From Chrysomallon squamiferum (lineage: Eukaryota; Animalia; Mollusca), in contig CM022672.1 of NCBI GenBank assembly GCA_012295275.1, forward strand, positions 4,464,001 through 4,528,000: a DNA stretch of 64,000 nucleotides, read 5' to 3'. Shown here piece after piece: positions 44,001 through 55,512 of the stretch (within the stretch, counting starts at the first letter, position 1; every line of letters starts with the position of its first letter). A program made the translations under genes and the position numbers. The notes beneath the pieces are model-generated. The model saw nothing but the letters and a program-made list of their open reading frames with translations. It did not search any database and was not told where the DNA came from.

Positions 44001-46233
44001 GAACCAGTTTTCCAGTTTTTGTGACAAAATTATCAACATGTCAGTCAGCCAATTTTTCATGACATATGTTAACTATTTAGACTGGTGTTTGTGATGGTCA
44101 CTGAGTTCAGGGTGTAACATTTAAAAAAACAAGTTTAGAAAATGTAGGCAAAACTGAAAGAAAGCAAACCTAAGTCACATAGTATTATTTAAAGCTTATA
44201 TCTGATGACCATTTATTTTAATAAATTTAAAAAAATCAAATATATTAAAAAAAAAACAAAAAAAACAACAACAACAAATTTTAACATCAAATTGTATACA
44301 ACTTCACAAACACCTAAAAAAAAAAAAAAAATTTAAAAGAAGAAAAAACAACACTAATTATACTATTTGCAAATTAAAACTTAATACTATTTCTATTAGC
44401 TTCAGCCAAGAGTATTTTTTTATTTTGTTTCTAAACAGTTCACAAAAATTCTAGCAAGCAATGTTCAGGCATAACCTGCAATTGTCAGAATGTTGTTAGT
44501 ATTCAGAGAAACAGAAGAAGCAGAAGAAAAAAGAAGAAGAAAAAAGCCAGCAGAAAAGAAGTAAATGATTATAGTAATAGCAAAAGATGTACACATCTGG
44601 AATATGTTATTTGAGAAGTGCACTGACATGGAGCAATAACAGGTGCTGACCTTATGTAGCAGAACACGAAGCAAATAAACACAGAGAAAAGTGAACTGCC
44701 TTCTGGTAAAGAGCAGCACCTTTACCAGGTACTATGTGAATGGTATAAACAGAAATACTGAGTATCTTTTGAAGCAGCAGTTTGGTTAGCTGTCAGCATA
44801 CATGAAATAACTGTAGAGGAAACATGCATTCTCCTCAGAGCAAAACACATACCAGCACACACAGAGTAACATTATGTTCTGAGGCAAAAGTACATTTTAT
44901 TCTTCTAACATTAGAAACTTGTTAATAAATATTTGATGTGCTTCTTATTATATGTACTGGTATATGACTTGTGGTTACTGATACATATATGTATATATAC
45001 ACATTTTATCTGGACATGTTGTATACAAAACCAGCAATTTTAAATTAAAAAGCAATTCAAATAATTATGTTGATAGTATTATTTTCCACAATGTTCTTGA
45101 AGTTTTAATATAAAAATGCAGTATCTACTTAAATTATTTATTTCTTTATAATATGTAAAATACATCAGCATTTGACAACTCAATTTTCATTTTTTTTAAA
45201 TTTATTATTGTTTTTAAACAGTGATCTTTACAGCAGTGATTTAATACGGCAGTCAGAGATATATTTGTTGTAAATTAAGTTATTTGGAAATAGAAAATTC
45301 AATCTATATACTTAACTTTGCACCTTCCTTTATATTTTACACATTAGATCAGTAAGAGGTAAAAAATAAATAATAATAGTAAAAAATAAAAATATAAAAA
45401 TAAAAATATTAAAAAAAATAAATAAATAAAAAAATGATTTTACTAAAGTATCATAATTATCTTCAAGTCCAGATATAATTCTTAAATGGATGTGTGCTGG
45501 GCAGACTTTATTTTATTTTTATTTTTTTCAATATAAAAATTTACTTTGTATCCTCCCTCTGCTAAAATCCAAAATTGTAATAAATAATATATAAGTTTTA
45601 TGACTGAAATGTTGAGCATCAATCAGAACAGTTCTCAAAGTTGAAATTGGAATATTATGAACATGAATTCTTTCCATGCAGTAATAACAACATGAAAATA
45701 ACCTAGCTTATAAGATTAATAATAGTGTTATGTATATGACATTAACAGTTAGTGTCCATTTTTGTTATTAGTAAGGAGTGGTATTCTCATTATCTAATTA
45801 TTAATTTAGGTATAATCGGTACTTGTCTTAATTCTTATTCCTTAAAATTAAATTATTACTACATAATTCATTAAAGTACGTATAATACTTTTTGGATTAT
45901 TACTATCAGCTCAATATGATCTTTAGTAAATACGATAATCATTTTACTAGACTACAACAAACTGAATTACCATACACATTCACTGATTCAGGCAGGCTTA
46001 TCACAATATCAGCACCGTAGATTTGGGAAATTGGCGAAACTAATAAAGTTTTGACAGACCAGATAAACGAACAATTTGCAAACAAATCATACCTTTGTGA
46101 GCTGAGCAATTTTCTTTGACATTTTAAGATGCATATCGTGTGTAACTTCCATATCTTTTTGTGGATTCTGCGGCAGGGTGCCATACTTCCCATTTTGGTA
46201 ATAGCTGAACGACATTTTGGCACCCGTCGCCAT
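9866..46233 (-). CDS. FAM184A: FAM184A/B-family coiled-coil protein, 17 coding exons, ~1103 aa
   Basis: Exons (minus strand, 5'->3'): 46093-46233, 42628-43500, 42120-42240, 41572-41753, 41043-41249, 40397-40519, 39190-39351, 24022-24143, 23137-23287, 21021-21233, 15759-15912, 14463-14590, 13996-14180, 12305-12451, 11418-11535, 10730-10843, 9866-10036. All GT-AG with matching phases, 3312 nt total. Diagnostic N-terminal DMHLKMSKKIAQLTK|VIYALNTKNDEHE and C-terminal RDSRPEDLELI...FYQLELVNRETNFNKVFNSSPNVGVLNP motifs of FAM184. Confidence 0.93.
13800..13950. repeat. Degenerate ~30-bp minisatellite
   Basis: Recurrent aaggcttaaaatgtaacc-like units. Confidence 0.5.
22340..22750 (-). mobile_element. 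Possible degraded LINE (CR1/L2-type) ORF2 3' fragment
   Basis: The minus frame encodes ...KHFNSLTAAPQWNALP..., reminiscent of the AAPxLWNxLP motif at the end of CR1/L2 ORF2. The surrounding frames are broken. Confidence 0.3.
24276..24580. mobile_element. Tc1/mariner (Tigger/pogo-type) MITE
   Basis: TA|CAGGTTAGGAATCCTTTATTCCAAA ... TTTCAGATAAGGAATCATCAACCTG|TA: imperfect terminal inverted repeats flanked by TA target duplications. A second related copy lies at ~56247-56531. Confidence 0.8.
26640..26880 (-). mobile_element. Degraded SINE-like repeat copy
   Basis: ggaaatctgct...gcagtaagagatctttc...gcataaacca...tttgataaaccggtcatg..g..atggcttgaacaagaaaaagcccaa...gatcct: same motif order as the SINE family at 53902-54184. 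Confidence 0.5.
27300..27663. repeat. Long inverted repeat (foldback)
   Basis: 27355-27445 is the near-perfect reverse complement of ~27522-27612. Outer arms 27300-27330 and 27633-27663 also pair. The loop contains TG/CA microsatellite. Confidence 0.85.
34021..37421 (+). CDS. Rhodopsin-like GPCR of the FMRFamide/MIP-sex peptide receptor-like group, 2 coding exons, ~402 aa, nested antisense in FAM184 intron 7
   Basis: Exons 34021-34436 (phase 2, ag|gttggt) and 36629-37421 (ttttcag|A TAC...TAA). Seven hydrophobic segments with GIIGN (TM1), LAASD (TM2), TIERF (TM3), IIP (TM5) and NSSVNFLLY-C..SKKFR (TM7/H8). N-terminal NxT sequons; Ser/Thr-rich tail. Confidence 0.92.
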
Positions 46234-46595
46234 CTTGTTAGTTTTTTGCCTAAAAGCAAAATACGTTCCCGATTAAATATAGATCGTCATTTCCAAACTT
46301 AATTATATTTACTCTTCGGCACCAATGATAAAACTCCTAATTTAGATGATGAACATATATATCGTATTTCTTTTCTTTTATAATTATTGATTTTAAATCA
46401 TATAAACATTCCATATAAAAATATGACAACAGAAAACCAGATATTCTTGCGCAGAAGTTAGTTGACAGCTGTTGCTACGTGAAAGGGGAGGCAATACCGG
46501 GAGACTAAAGAAGAAGGGAAGTGCACAACGTACAATAAAATTCTTTTCTTTCTTTCTTTCTTTCTTAATAATAATAATAATACTAATACTAATAC

Positions 46596-46626
<31 letters not shown>

Positions 46627-46927
46627 AATAATGATTATTATTATTATTCAAACTATACATTTAAACGAAACAGTATGTCTTTAAGCTAATAATTTATAAA
46701 GATCTCTTCTATTGCTAGTTTTATTTATTTATATTATTTATTTACTTATTTATTGTATTCAGTTATTTATATAACTTGATGAAACGAATATTTCTGCTAT
46801 TTAGCATTATAGAATAATTTGTAATTATTAAAATCATAAAATTATCAGTTTTATAACATAAATAATATATATTTGGATAAAATAAAATGTTGCTGGAAAT
46901 ATATATACTAATTAAGACAGTGTCTTA

Positions 46928-47008
<81 letters not shown>

Positions 47009-47277
47009 TCTTGTTTTTTTTTGTTTTGTTATGACGATGTTTTTTAAAATATATATAGAAACATGCAGATACAAACACGATCACTTACATATATTTTTGC
47101 AAGCTTTGGATGTAATACGATCGGTTAGACCAGACGTCTGTAAAGCTGGAACGAGAAATATTCCGACTTGTCTCTGTATGATGTATGTTGTATCGACCGG
47201 TTGGAAGCAATTCAAATCTCATCAGTGATGCGTGTATAGATGTGATATGGTCGGGAGGACATGAAAAGATAATGGAA

Positions 47278-47552
47278 AACACACACACACACATACATAC
47301 ACATACACACACATACATACATACACATACACATACATCAACACATACATACATACACATACACACACATACACACACATACACACACATACATACACAT
47401 ACATACACATACAAACACACACACACATACATATACACACACATACATACACATACACATACACACACACACATACACACACATACATACACATACAAAT
47501 ACACACACATACATACACATAAACACAGTGTAGACAGACACACTCACACACA
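47278..47552. repeat. (CA/TACA)n low-complexity tract
   Basis: Directly visible; source of several spurious ORFs. Confidence 0.92.
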
Positions 47553-48469
47553 ATAATACCTATTTGTTGTATTTGTTATTTCTATTTTATCTTCTTTTGT
47601 GCTATTCTACACATAACGCATTCAGTTTAATTTTAATATATGTTCAACAGTTTTGTGTGCATGTCTTCCATAGAAATAAACTTAAATACTATTGAAAGTT
47701 TGTCCACGAAGTTTTTTGATTAGATAAAAATAACCTGCATATATATACAAACAATAATGACAAACCAATATTAACCATGTAGCACATACACACGGCATTC
47801 ATTTAATGATTGAAAATGCGAGCTGTGTAGACAGCATTAGAAAATTACGTAAGAGATGAATTATTTTATATTTAATGCTTTTAATTTCTGTTGGCTGTTA
47901 CGAGGAGAATTCAAAATGATGACTGTTTCACCAAAAACAATAGACTAATCATAAGGTCATTTTATTTCATAGCAAAACATTTTCTCTGCAGTAAAATTAA
48001 ACAACATTAAATTAAACGATCACGATTTCGATGAACGACAGTGAACACTTTTTAAATCGTCTGTCTGCACTCACAACAAAATTCATGTAAGTTGTGCTAT
48101 AAAATATACAGACATATTCAACAGGCAGGCAGATAGAAATTTACTCAAAAATAAAATGACAAATACAGATTTGTCACGAGGAAGACATGAAATATCGTTT
48201 TTTTTGTGTTTTTTTTTTCTTTTCCCTTGTACACTTTTTACTTCAGTGTATTACTTTTAACTAATTATGCGTGGGTGTGTACCTATTCATAAATTCACAA
48301 AATTTTTTAGCCAGAAGACTGTCATAAAGGTAATGGTTTGATCTTTCATTTTCGACTCTTCACAAAGAACACTCGACCGTCCCTAAATAGAGAACCAAAC
48401 TTCCAGCAGATTTGCTTTCATGTGAATCCAAAAGCATTTTGTTGGCATTATTTTTCGTCAACAAAAGTG

Positions 48470-49215
48470 TACAATCACGGGTTTCCGTAAAGCATTGTAA
48501 TGTAACAAACAAATGTTGTCATAATCTTTTTCTTTTTTTGCTACCTAATCCCATGAATGATTTCAGGTGCGAAAGATAATGAAAAAAAAAAAAGAAAAAA
48601 AAAGTCAGTTTATGTGACCCTGATTTGATTTATTAACTGAATTTTTGTCTGTGAATGAAAGGGAAGGTTTAGGGGTGGGTTTTTTTACAAAAATGTACAA
48701 TGATGTCATTGCGGAAAGCAAAAAGACTTCTTGGAATTCCTATTGGTAACTTTGGTTATTCCTGGCTTGAGAAAGGATTATGTCAAAAAATAAAAATAGA
48801 GGAAAAAAACAGAGAATAACTTATGGACAATGAATCCAAAAAAATTAATTCTGTCACCATACTGATGAAACAAAATGTCTGGAAGCGAAAATAGGAGAAA
48901 TCCATGAGAAAAAAAAACGATAAAACTACACGGAATAAAAATAAATACAAAGAAAATAATTCATAGCCAATAAATGAAAGAGAAAACTGAACGGTCAAAA
49001 GCGAATCTTAGAAAGGTGGGAAGTTGATGATTTCAGAGGTAAAAAACTGAAATTCCAGGATTTCCAGCAAATCGAAGATAATTTTGAACGTAAATTCCCA
49101 AAATGGAAAGCATTAAAAGAAACGGATGCTTCGAAATTTTTTCAGATGTAAGTTGCTATATGCCGAACATTATATCCTTTTTTATCCTAATTTGTTGAAA
49201 TATTACATTTTTACA
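48470..49215 (+). promoter_or_regulatory. Putative inducible promoter of the secreted-protein gene, with STAT- and NF-kB-like sites
   Basis: TTCTTGGAA (48728-48736, STAT TTC-N3-GAA) overlapping GGAATTCC (48733-48740). Also GGGTTTCC (~48479), GAAATTCC (49049), GGATTTCC (49058) and GTAAATTCCC (49090), all within 750 bp of the inferred ATG. Confidence 0.4.
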
Positions 49216-49575
49216 ATGCAAGGTAGGTTCGTTGTGTACATTTATTATGATCAGCAAATTATTATGAATTTAGAACTGTTTATGAATTATTATGAATTTA
49301 GTAATTTTCAAATACTACAAATCAAACCAAACGAGAAGGAATTAAATTAATTTACTCTATACATAAGTCACTAACTTTGTTAGTAGGTTAGTAAACAGTT
49401 CAGCAAATTAACCAGCTAACTAAATTAATCTTAAAAAGTAGAAGCCATAACAAAAGAATTTAAACTGTGACACTCCTTCTTAAAGTAGTAATCGTTGTTT
49501 TATTAGTATTACTATTGTTGTTATAATTATTATTATTGTAATTATTATTATTTTTATTATAATAATTATTATTAC

Positions 49576-49618
<43 letters not shown>

Positions 49619-50075
49619 GTTTGTTATAGCAGTTGTTGATGTTGCATTATTAATAGAATTTTCTTTTTAGTGGCAGTAAGAGCAGTTTTACTAGTAGCAG
49701 AAATGTTTGTAGAAGTTGAAACAATAACTGAAACTGTACTAGAAGCTGTAGTTGTGTTAATACTGATGGCAAAATATGCAGCTCAGACTGCAGTGTTTGT
49801 TGTAGTAACACCAGTAATGACTGGTGATGCATTATTGGTAGTTCCAATACAAATAATAGCAGCCTTAGTAGTATTTATTTTTATTATCAGAACCGTATTT
49901 AATATCTGGATGATCTAGTTTTGGAATAGAGGTAACCAATGAAACCGTCGAATTGTATAACACAAACGGTACTTCCTTTTTCCCGATACTCGTTAATGAA
50001 ATTTGATCCATATATGGATTTTAATAATTAATGGTAAGAAGCAATACGTAGGCTTCTGTATCACTACATATACAT

Positions 50076-50106
<31 letters not shown>

Positions 50107-51802
50107 CACATACAGACACACACAGTGACCATTAACAACAAACATAAATCAGTCCAAAGTCTTATATAGGTTTGTTTTATCGACCAGGATGTAAATAAAA
50201 ACTTAAATCTCTTCATTTTTTTTTTTTTTTGCTAAGTATAAAAGTGTCCAGAATGTGGGATTCATAAAATTTTATTTTGGTCATTTATCTGTTTGTGCAA
50301 TACAAAAATATGCGTAAAATTTTAAGATGTTATTAACGATTTTTGAAAGTTGTGATATCGATAAGTGTATGTTAAAAGTCATTGAATTTTAAATTATTAT
50401 ATAAAATTTAAATGATTAATAAATAATAGTTTATGATGTTTAAAAATTAAACATTCTCGGAATGTATGTAATTATGTATATATGAATGTATGTATACATA
50501 TGTGTCTGCATACATACATGTATGTTTGTATTATGTATGTATGTATTATTATTATTATTATTATTATTAAATATTATGATTACTGATTAAAAATTATAAC
50601 ATTTTAATTATTAATTAATTTTATTTTGTTTTTTTTATTTTTTCAGGAAAGAACTACATTTTGATCATTATTCTATATGAAACTGTGACGGGGGTACATT
50701 TTAACGCCTGTCACAGGTGTTTTGGCACGGAACCACATCATGTTTTCGAGAATGGCGGTTTGCATGAATCCAGACACTCCGTACCTCAGCTGATTAGAGA
50801 ATTCCATTCAAATTTACTGGACTTGAGTAACGAACTTTTACGAGGGAAAACGCAGTTCGTAAGTTTTATATATTATTGATTTGTAGTAGTAGTAGTAGTA
50901 GTAGTAGTAATATTACTGGTAGTGATAATAATGGCAGTCGTAACAATAGTAGTAGCATCAGCATCACCAACTGAAGCAGTAGTAGCAGTAGTAATAGAAG
51001 TAATAGTAGGAATAGTGATGTATATATATAAGACGCCACAAAACCGTACATTTCAAATATACTTCAGAATGAATCTTGTTTCTTCTGTCCTTGCGTCCAG
51101 CTTCAGTCTGTCTGTGTGTGTATAACGTTCTGCACACACACATATACAGGCACTACTAACACACAGTTACTTATTTTATTTCAGGTAAACACTCACCACG
51201 GCGGGAATGCAGACTTTCTAGATCTGATGACAATTGATGTCCCACGTAGCTGCCTCGCCAGGTATCCTCACATCACAGTAAGTTCGTTTAACACGCATAA
51301 GCTAAAGATAGTACAGGATAGAGTCCCACTGCCTGAAAAAACCTCCCAGTAATTTATACATTTTAATTACGTTTGTAATTCTTTAAGTTTAATGAACACA
51401 CTAAACATGGTCAGATTAACCAAACAATTAATATGACAAATTAAACTCAGTTTTTCTACTCACTAGCAGAATTAAGTAGTTTTAGTTGTTTTTAAAGAAA
51501 TATATAAATTTGAGGCTTTACGGACAAACCTTTCCGCTACTTGCATTGTTTTGCGTGTTGGTGGCAGTCTTTCGAAGTTTCACTTACTGCACAATATTTT
51601 TTTTTTCAAAAACTGTCAAAAAGAGCCTTCACTGTTTTCCATAGGTGCATCGTTATATATGAATAAAAGAATAATGACAAGAGATATCTCACGACAAATT
51701 CTCTTTATTGGGCTATTTTCAATTCCCTGTCTGGTTTATCAAAGTTTGTGGTATTTGTTTCATGTATTTTGGGACGGTACAAAAAAAAAAAAAAAAAAAA
51801 AA

Positions 51803-51833
<31 letters not shown>

Positions 51834-51963
51834 AATAAAATAAAATAAATAAATAAAAAAAAAAAATACAAGAAAGAAAAAGACAACACCAACAACAACA
51901 AAACCAAAACTTTGCTATTTATCGATAAGAATAACTAACAGTCACTTGCGAGTTTAATCTTCC

Positions 51964-52012
<49 letters not shown>

Positions 52013-52647
52013 CAACAACAACAACCCCCAGTAACATTAACAACAAGAACGACGTCAACAATAATAATAAATTGCAGGTGTTGTAATACGCGAATCGCAA
52101 ATTAGGGTTACACCCCTTTGTCCATTAAAGTGTACGAACAATCAGCATGGTTCGAACAAACAGTCTAAATACAAGGTATAAACTGTAAGCGATAATTTTA
52201 GGTTTTAGCCAGCAATCCCACCAATAACGAAGTAAGAGAGTAAAATTAAAAGCTAAAAGAATAAGTTTTCTTATTTTTTTTGACATCATGTTAACATATT
52301 TCTTATCTGTATTTCAGGATCCTAGGATGCTGTTCTTCGATCGACTTTCACGCCTTGCATTGTACCTAGATTTTATTCAGACAAATCGACATCGACGCTC
52401 GTGCGACGTCCACGTGACCCCATTATGCGCTAACGACCTTCTTTGCAAATGGCGTCAGGTTCTAACAGGCCTCGGCCTTTTCCGTCAATATCCTAGGCCA
52501 TGCTGCCGGAAAGTGTTCCCAGATGATCGGATATCTTCGTGTACAGAACTTCGTGCGGTTACGTATATTATGCTAAAGGATTCAGGGGAGATAATCAACC
52601 GCTTGATAAATGAAACTGAGACTTATTTAAGTGACAATGAAAATTAA
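49216..52647 (+). CDS. Uncharacterised secreted protein, putative long-chain four-helix-bundle cytokine (IL-6/Unpaired-like), 4 exons, ~213 aa
   Basis: Exons 49216-49222 (ATG CAA G|gtaggt; inferred), 50647-50858 (tttcag| ... TTC|gtaagt), 51185-51277 (tttcag| ... ACA|gtaagt), 52318-52647 (tttcag|GAT...TAA). Intron phases 1,0,0 join in frame. The product begins with a signal-peptide-like MQGKNYILIIILYETVTG, followed by four amphipathic helical segments and 9 Cys. Exons 2-4 are well supported; exon 1 and the cytokine identity are inference. Confidence 0.72.
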
Positions 52648-53016
52648 CATTTCATACTGTTTTCATTTTGTATAACATTTTATTACTTGATGTTCGTAAC
52701 AGCTGTATTTAATTATATGTTGAATAATTAGTTATTAGGTTAAATTTTTATTTTTACGATTTAATTTTAAGTTTTAAGCTTCTTAGAGATTAACTATCAA
52801 AAATTATTTTAAACAGAAATATTTTAGCTATATTTTGTAATGATTTGTATGTCTGTGTTTTGTTCCTTAAACACAGGTACATAAATAATCAGCCTATGTT
52901 TAGGATCCACAGTTTCAGAAAAAAAAAAAAAAAAAAAAAAGAGAAGATTTTCCCGTCACTATAATTAGTATAATTATCAAGATGAAACAAACATAATTTT
53001 AAAGAGAAAAGGAAAG

Positions 53017-53049
<33 letters not shown>

Positions 53050-53901
53050 TGTCATAGTCGCCATATTTGCACCTCTCTGCATGTAAACAGAACAGAATGG
53101 AACTCTATTACATTCAGGCCAGTCAAATGCACTGTTTTATTTTATGTAGAGCGTAGTTCATTTCTTTCATTTATAATAAGCAAATCTGTTTGCAGGATTC
53201 CAGTTTGGTTGTTCAAAAAACCTCGCATCTCTATGATCTCTATGAGAAACGACATGATCTCTTATGAAGAAACGACAATTTGTGAATTTCTTATTCTGAT
53301 TTGAAGTTCTGTTATTACTATCTACCATGTAGTGTTTGGTAATTGGCAAAGCTTAATATATGTTTAGTCTGATTTATGTGTATATATTACTACTATTAAT
53401 GAGACTGGATTTCAGAGGGACGTCAGAAAGGTGAATGAGAGATAGGTTTTAATTAACTTATATTTATTTATTTATTTATTTATGAATTGTTGCTATGTTT
53501 TTAAGTGGGCATGTATTTTGTTATAATTAAATATGTATTATGTTATTATACTTAAAAGATGCTTTAACTGCACATATTTTTGCTTTAAAGTGCCTTAAAT
53601 AGATATATTCTTATCCAGAATTACTTTAATGATTGCGAAAGGCATTAAATAAATTCGTTATGTTATTGCAGTGCTTAACTTGCATTTTGTTTTAATAAAA
53701 TATTTTTGAAAATTAATTTGATATCGAGTGTTCATTCTATTTTCGGTTAATCCCGAAAATCTTCCCTTTGTCCTTTTGCTGGTTTTGAGCATTTCAGTAT
53801 ATTTATAGATATTTAGTGTATTTGTTTTTAGAATTAATCATAACAGTAAAGGATGACAGTAATAAAAAAAATAAAAAAATAAACGAATTAATATTTCTTT
53901 A

Positions 53902-54183
53902 AAGGGAGAAAGGAACTATTTTATTTAACGACGCATTCAGAATATTTTACTTCCGGTTAAGAGGCGTCAGACGTATGGATAAAGACCATTCAGAAAACAA
54001 GAGGAAAAACTCGCCGTTGCTACTGTTTCCGATTAGCAGCAAGTTATTATTTTATTTGTTATATCTATCCAAAGCCACAGACACGCTAGAACATGGTTTA
54101 TGAGTTTAAGCCTAAAAGGAGAAATAGTGCAGTGGATCTGGCAAGTGCGAGCAAGCAGACTACCCGATGTACCTTGAGGCCAC

Positions 54184-54184
<1 letters not shown>
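53902..54184 (-). mobile_element. Diverged SINE-like interspersed repeat
   Basis: Contains ttttatttaacgacgca...aaagaccattcaga...tttccgattagcagcaag...cacagaca...gaaatag, a motif string I recall from an abundant gastropod SINE family. Related fragments recur at ~10510-10650, 26640-26880, 28930-29010, 47100-47200 and, in the opposite orientation, 51700-51785. Confidence 0.6.
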
Positions 54185-54222
<38 letters not shown>

Positions 54223-55422
54223 ATATACATGAAAATAAAATAATAAAAGACAATGAAAAAAAAACTCAAAAATAAAAAAAAAAAAAAAAAAAAAAACAGA
54301 GAGAGAGAGATAGAGATAAAAAAAATAAAATAAAATTAAAAAAAAAAAGAGGAGAGAAAAGAACAAGAAATATTCCAAAAGAAAAAAAACACACGCACAC
54401 ACATACATACAGAATATATAGACAACACAAACACACACAAAAATAAATAAGTAAAAAAAAAGATAAAGAAACAATAAGATAAACTGGTAGTTATGGAAAT
54501 ATTTCCAGTGATTCATTCACTTCTGTTTTAATTAAGACTTTAGTTTCTTCTTCTCATCACCGTAACAATCATCATCATCATCACTGTTGTAATCATCTTC
54601 ATCATTATTATCATCATCGTGTCCTCACCACTACTGCAACCATCACCACAATAACCACCACTGCAGTGATATCATCACCATCGTGGTCATCATCAGCTTC
54701 CGTGATTTATCATCATGGGCATCATCTTCATCATGGTCATCATCACCATAATCATAATCATTATTACTACAATCATTGTTGTTATCACAGACATCATCAT
54801 CATCATCATCATATTGTGTCAGGATCTTCGGCTTTTAGTAATTTTCCTTGCTTTTCTTTTCATCTTCGCCCCATCCCTTCTCTAATCCTGTTGTCTCTTT
54901 CTTTTACTCTCCTGATTAATTCTATTTTTATTTATTATAACTTTTATTATTATTATTATTCTTATTATTCTTATTAGTCGTATTTTTTTATTTTTTATTT
55001 TTATTTTTTTGAAAGTAGAATATCACTGAATAAAAATATCTGCTGTATTAGGTTACCGACGTTAACACGGTGGATATCGATGTTCCAATGAAGTTAATCT
55101 GCTTACTGCGATCTTCATAAAGCGCTCATCTTGTCGCAAAGACGTTTTCGTGCCCATTCCATTATCGTGTTAAATGGTCCAAATGAAATTAGGAAACTCC
55201 GCCATCCAGTCAGATCGTAATATAGCTAATGAAAAAAGACTTGTCCAAAGGCCGAGAATGGCATTCACTTTCACGAATGGTCTCCCCTAAATGTAGTTAA
55301 CAATATGTCAAAAGCCTCTTAATTTGACGTTAACATCGCTCGCGACAGAGAGTTTGGCAAACACTGCGAGACAAGGGACAGAAACAAACAGGCAAGTGTT
55401 CTAAACTGTATGTATCTATGTA

Positions 55423-55512
<90 letters not shown>

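Noticed and set aside
44640-44730. REST/NRSE-like CAGCACC motifs and a 9-bp hairpin CTGGTAAAG...CTTTACCAG
   Set aside because: The GGACAG half-site is absent, and a 9-bp stem is expected by chance in 64 kb.
53455-53485. ATTTA repeats downstream of the putative cytokine as an AU-rich element
   Set aside because: (ATTT)n tracts occur throughout this window, so they are not specific evidence.
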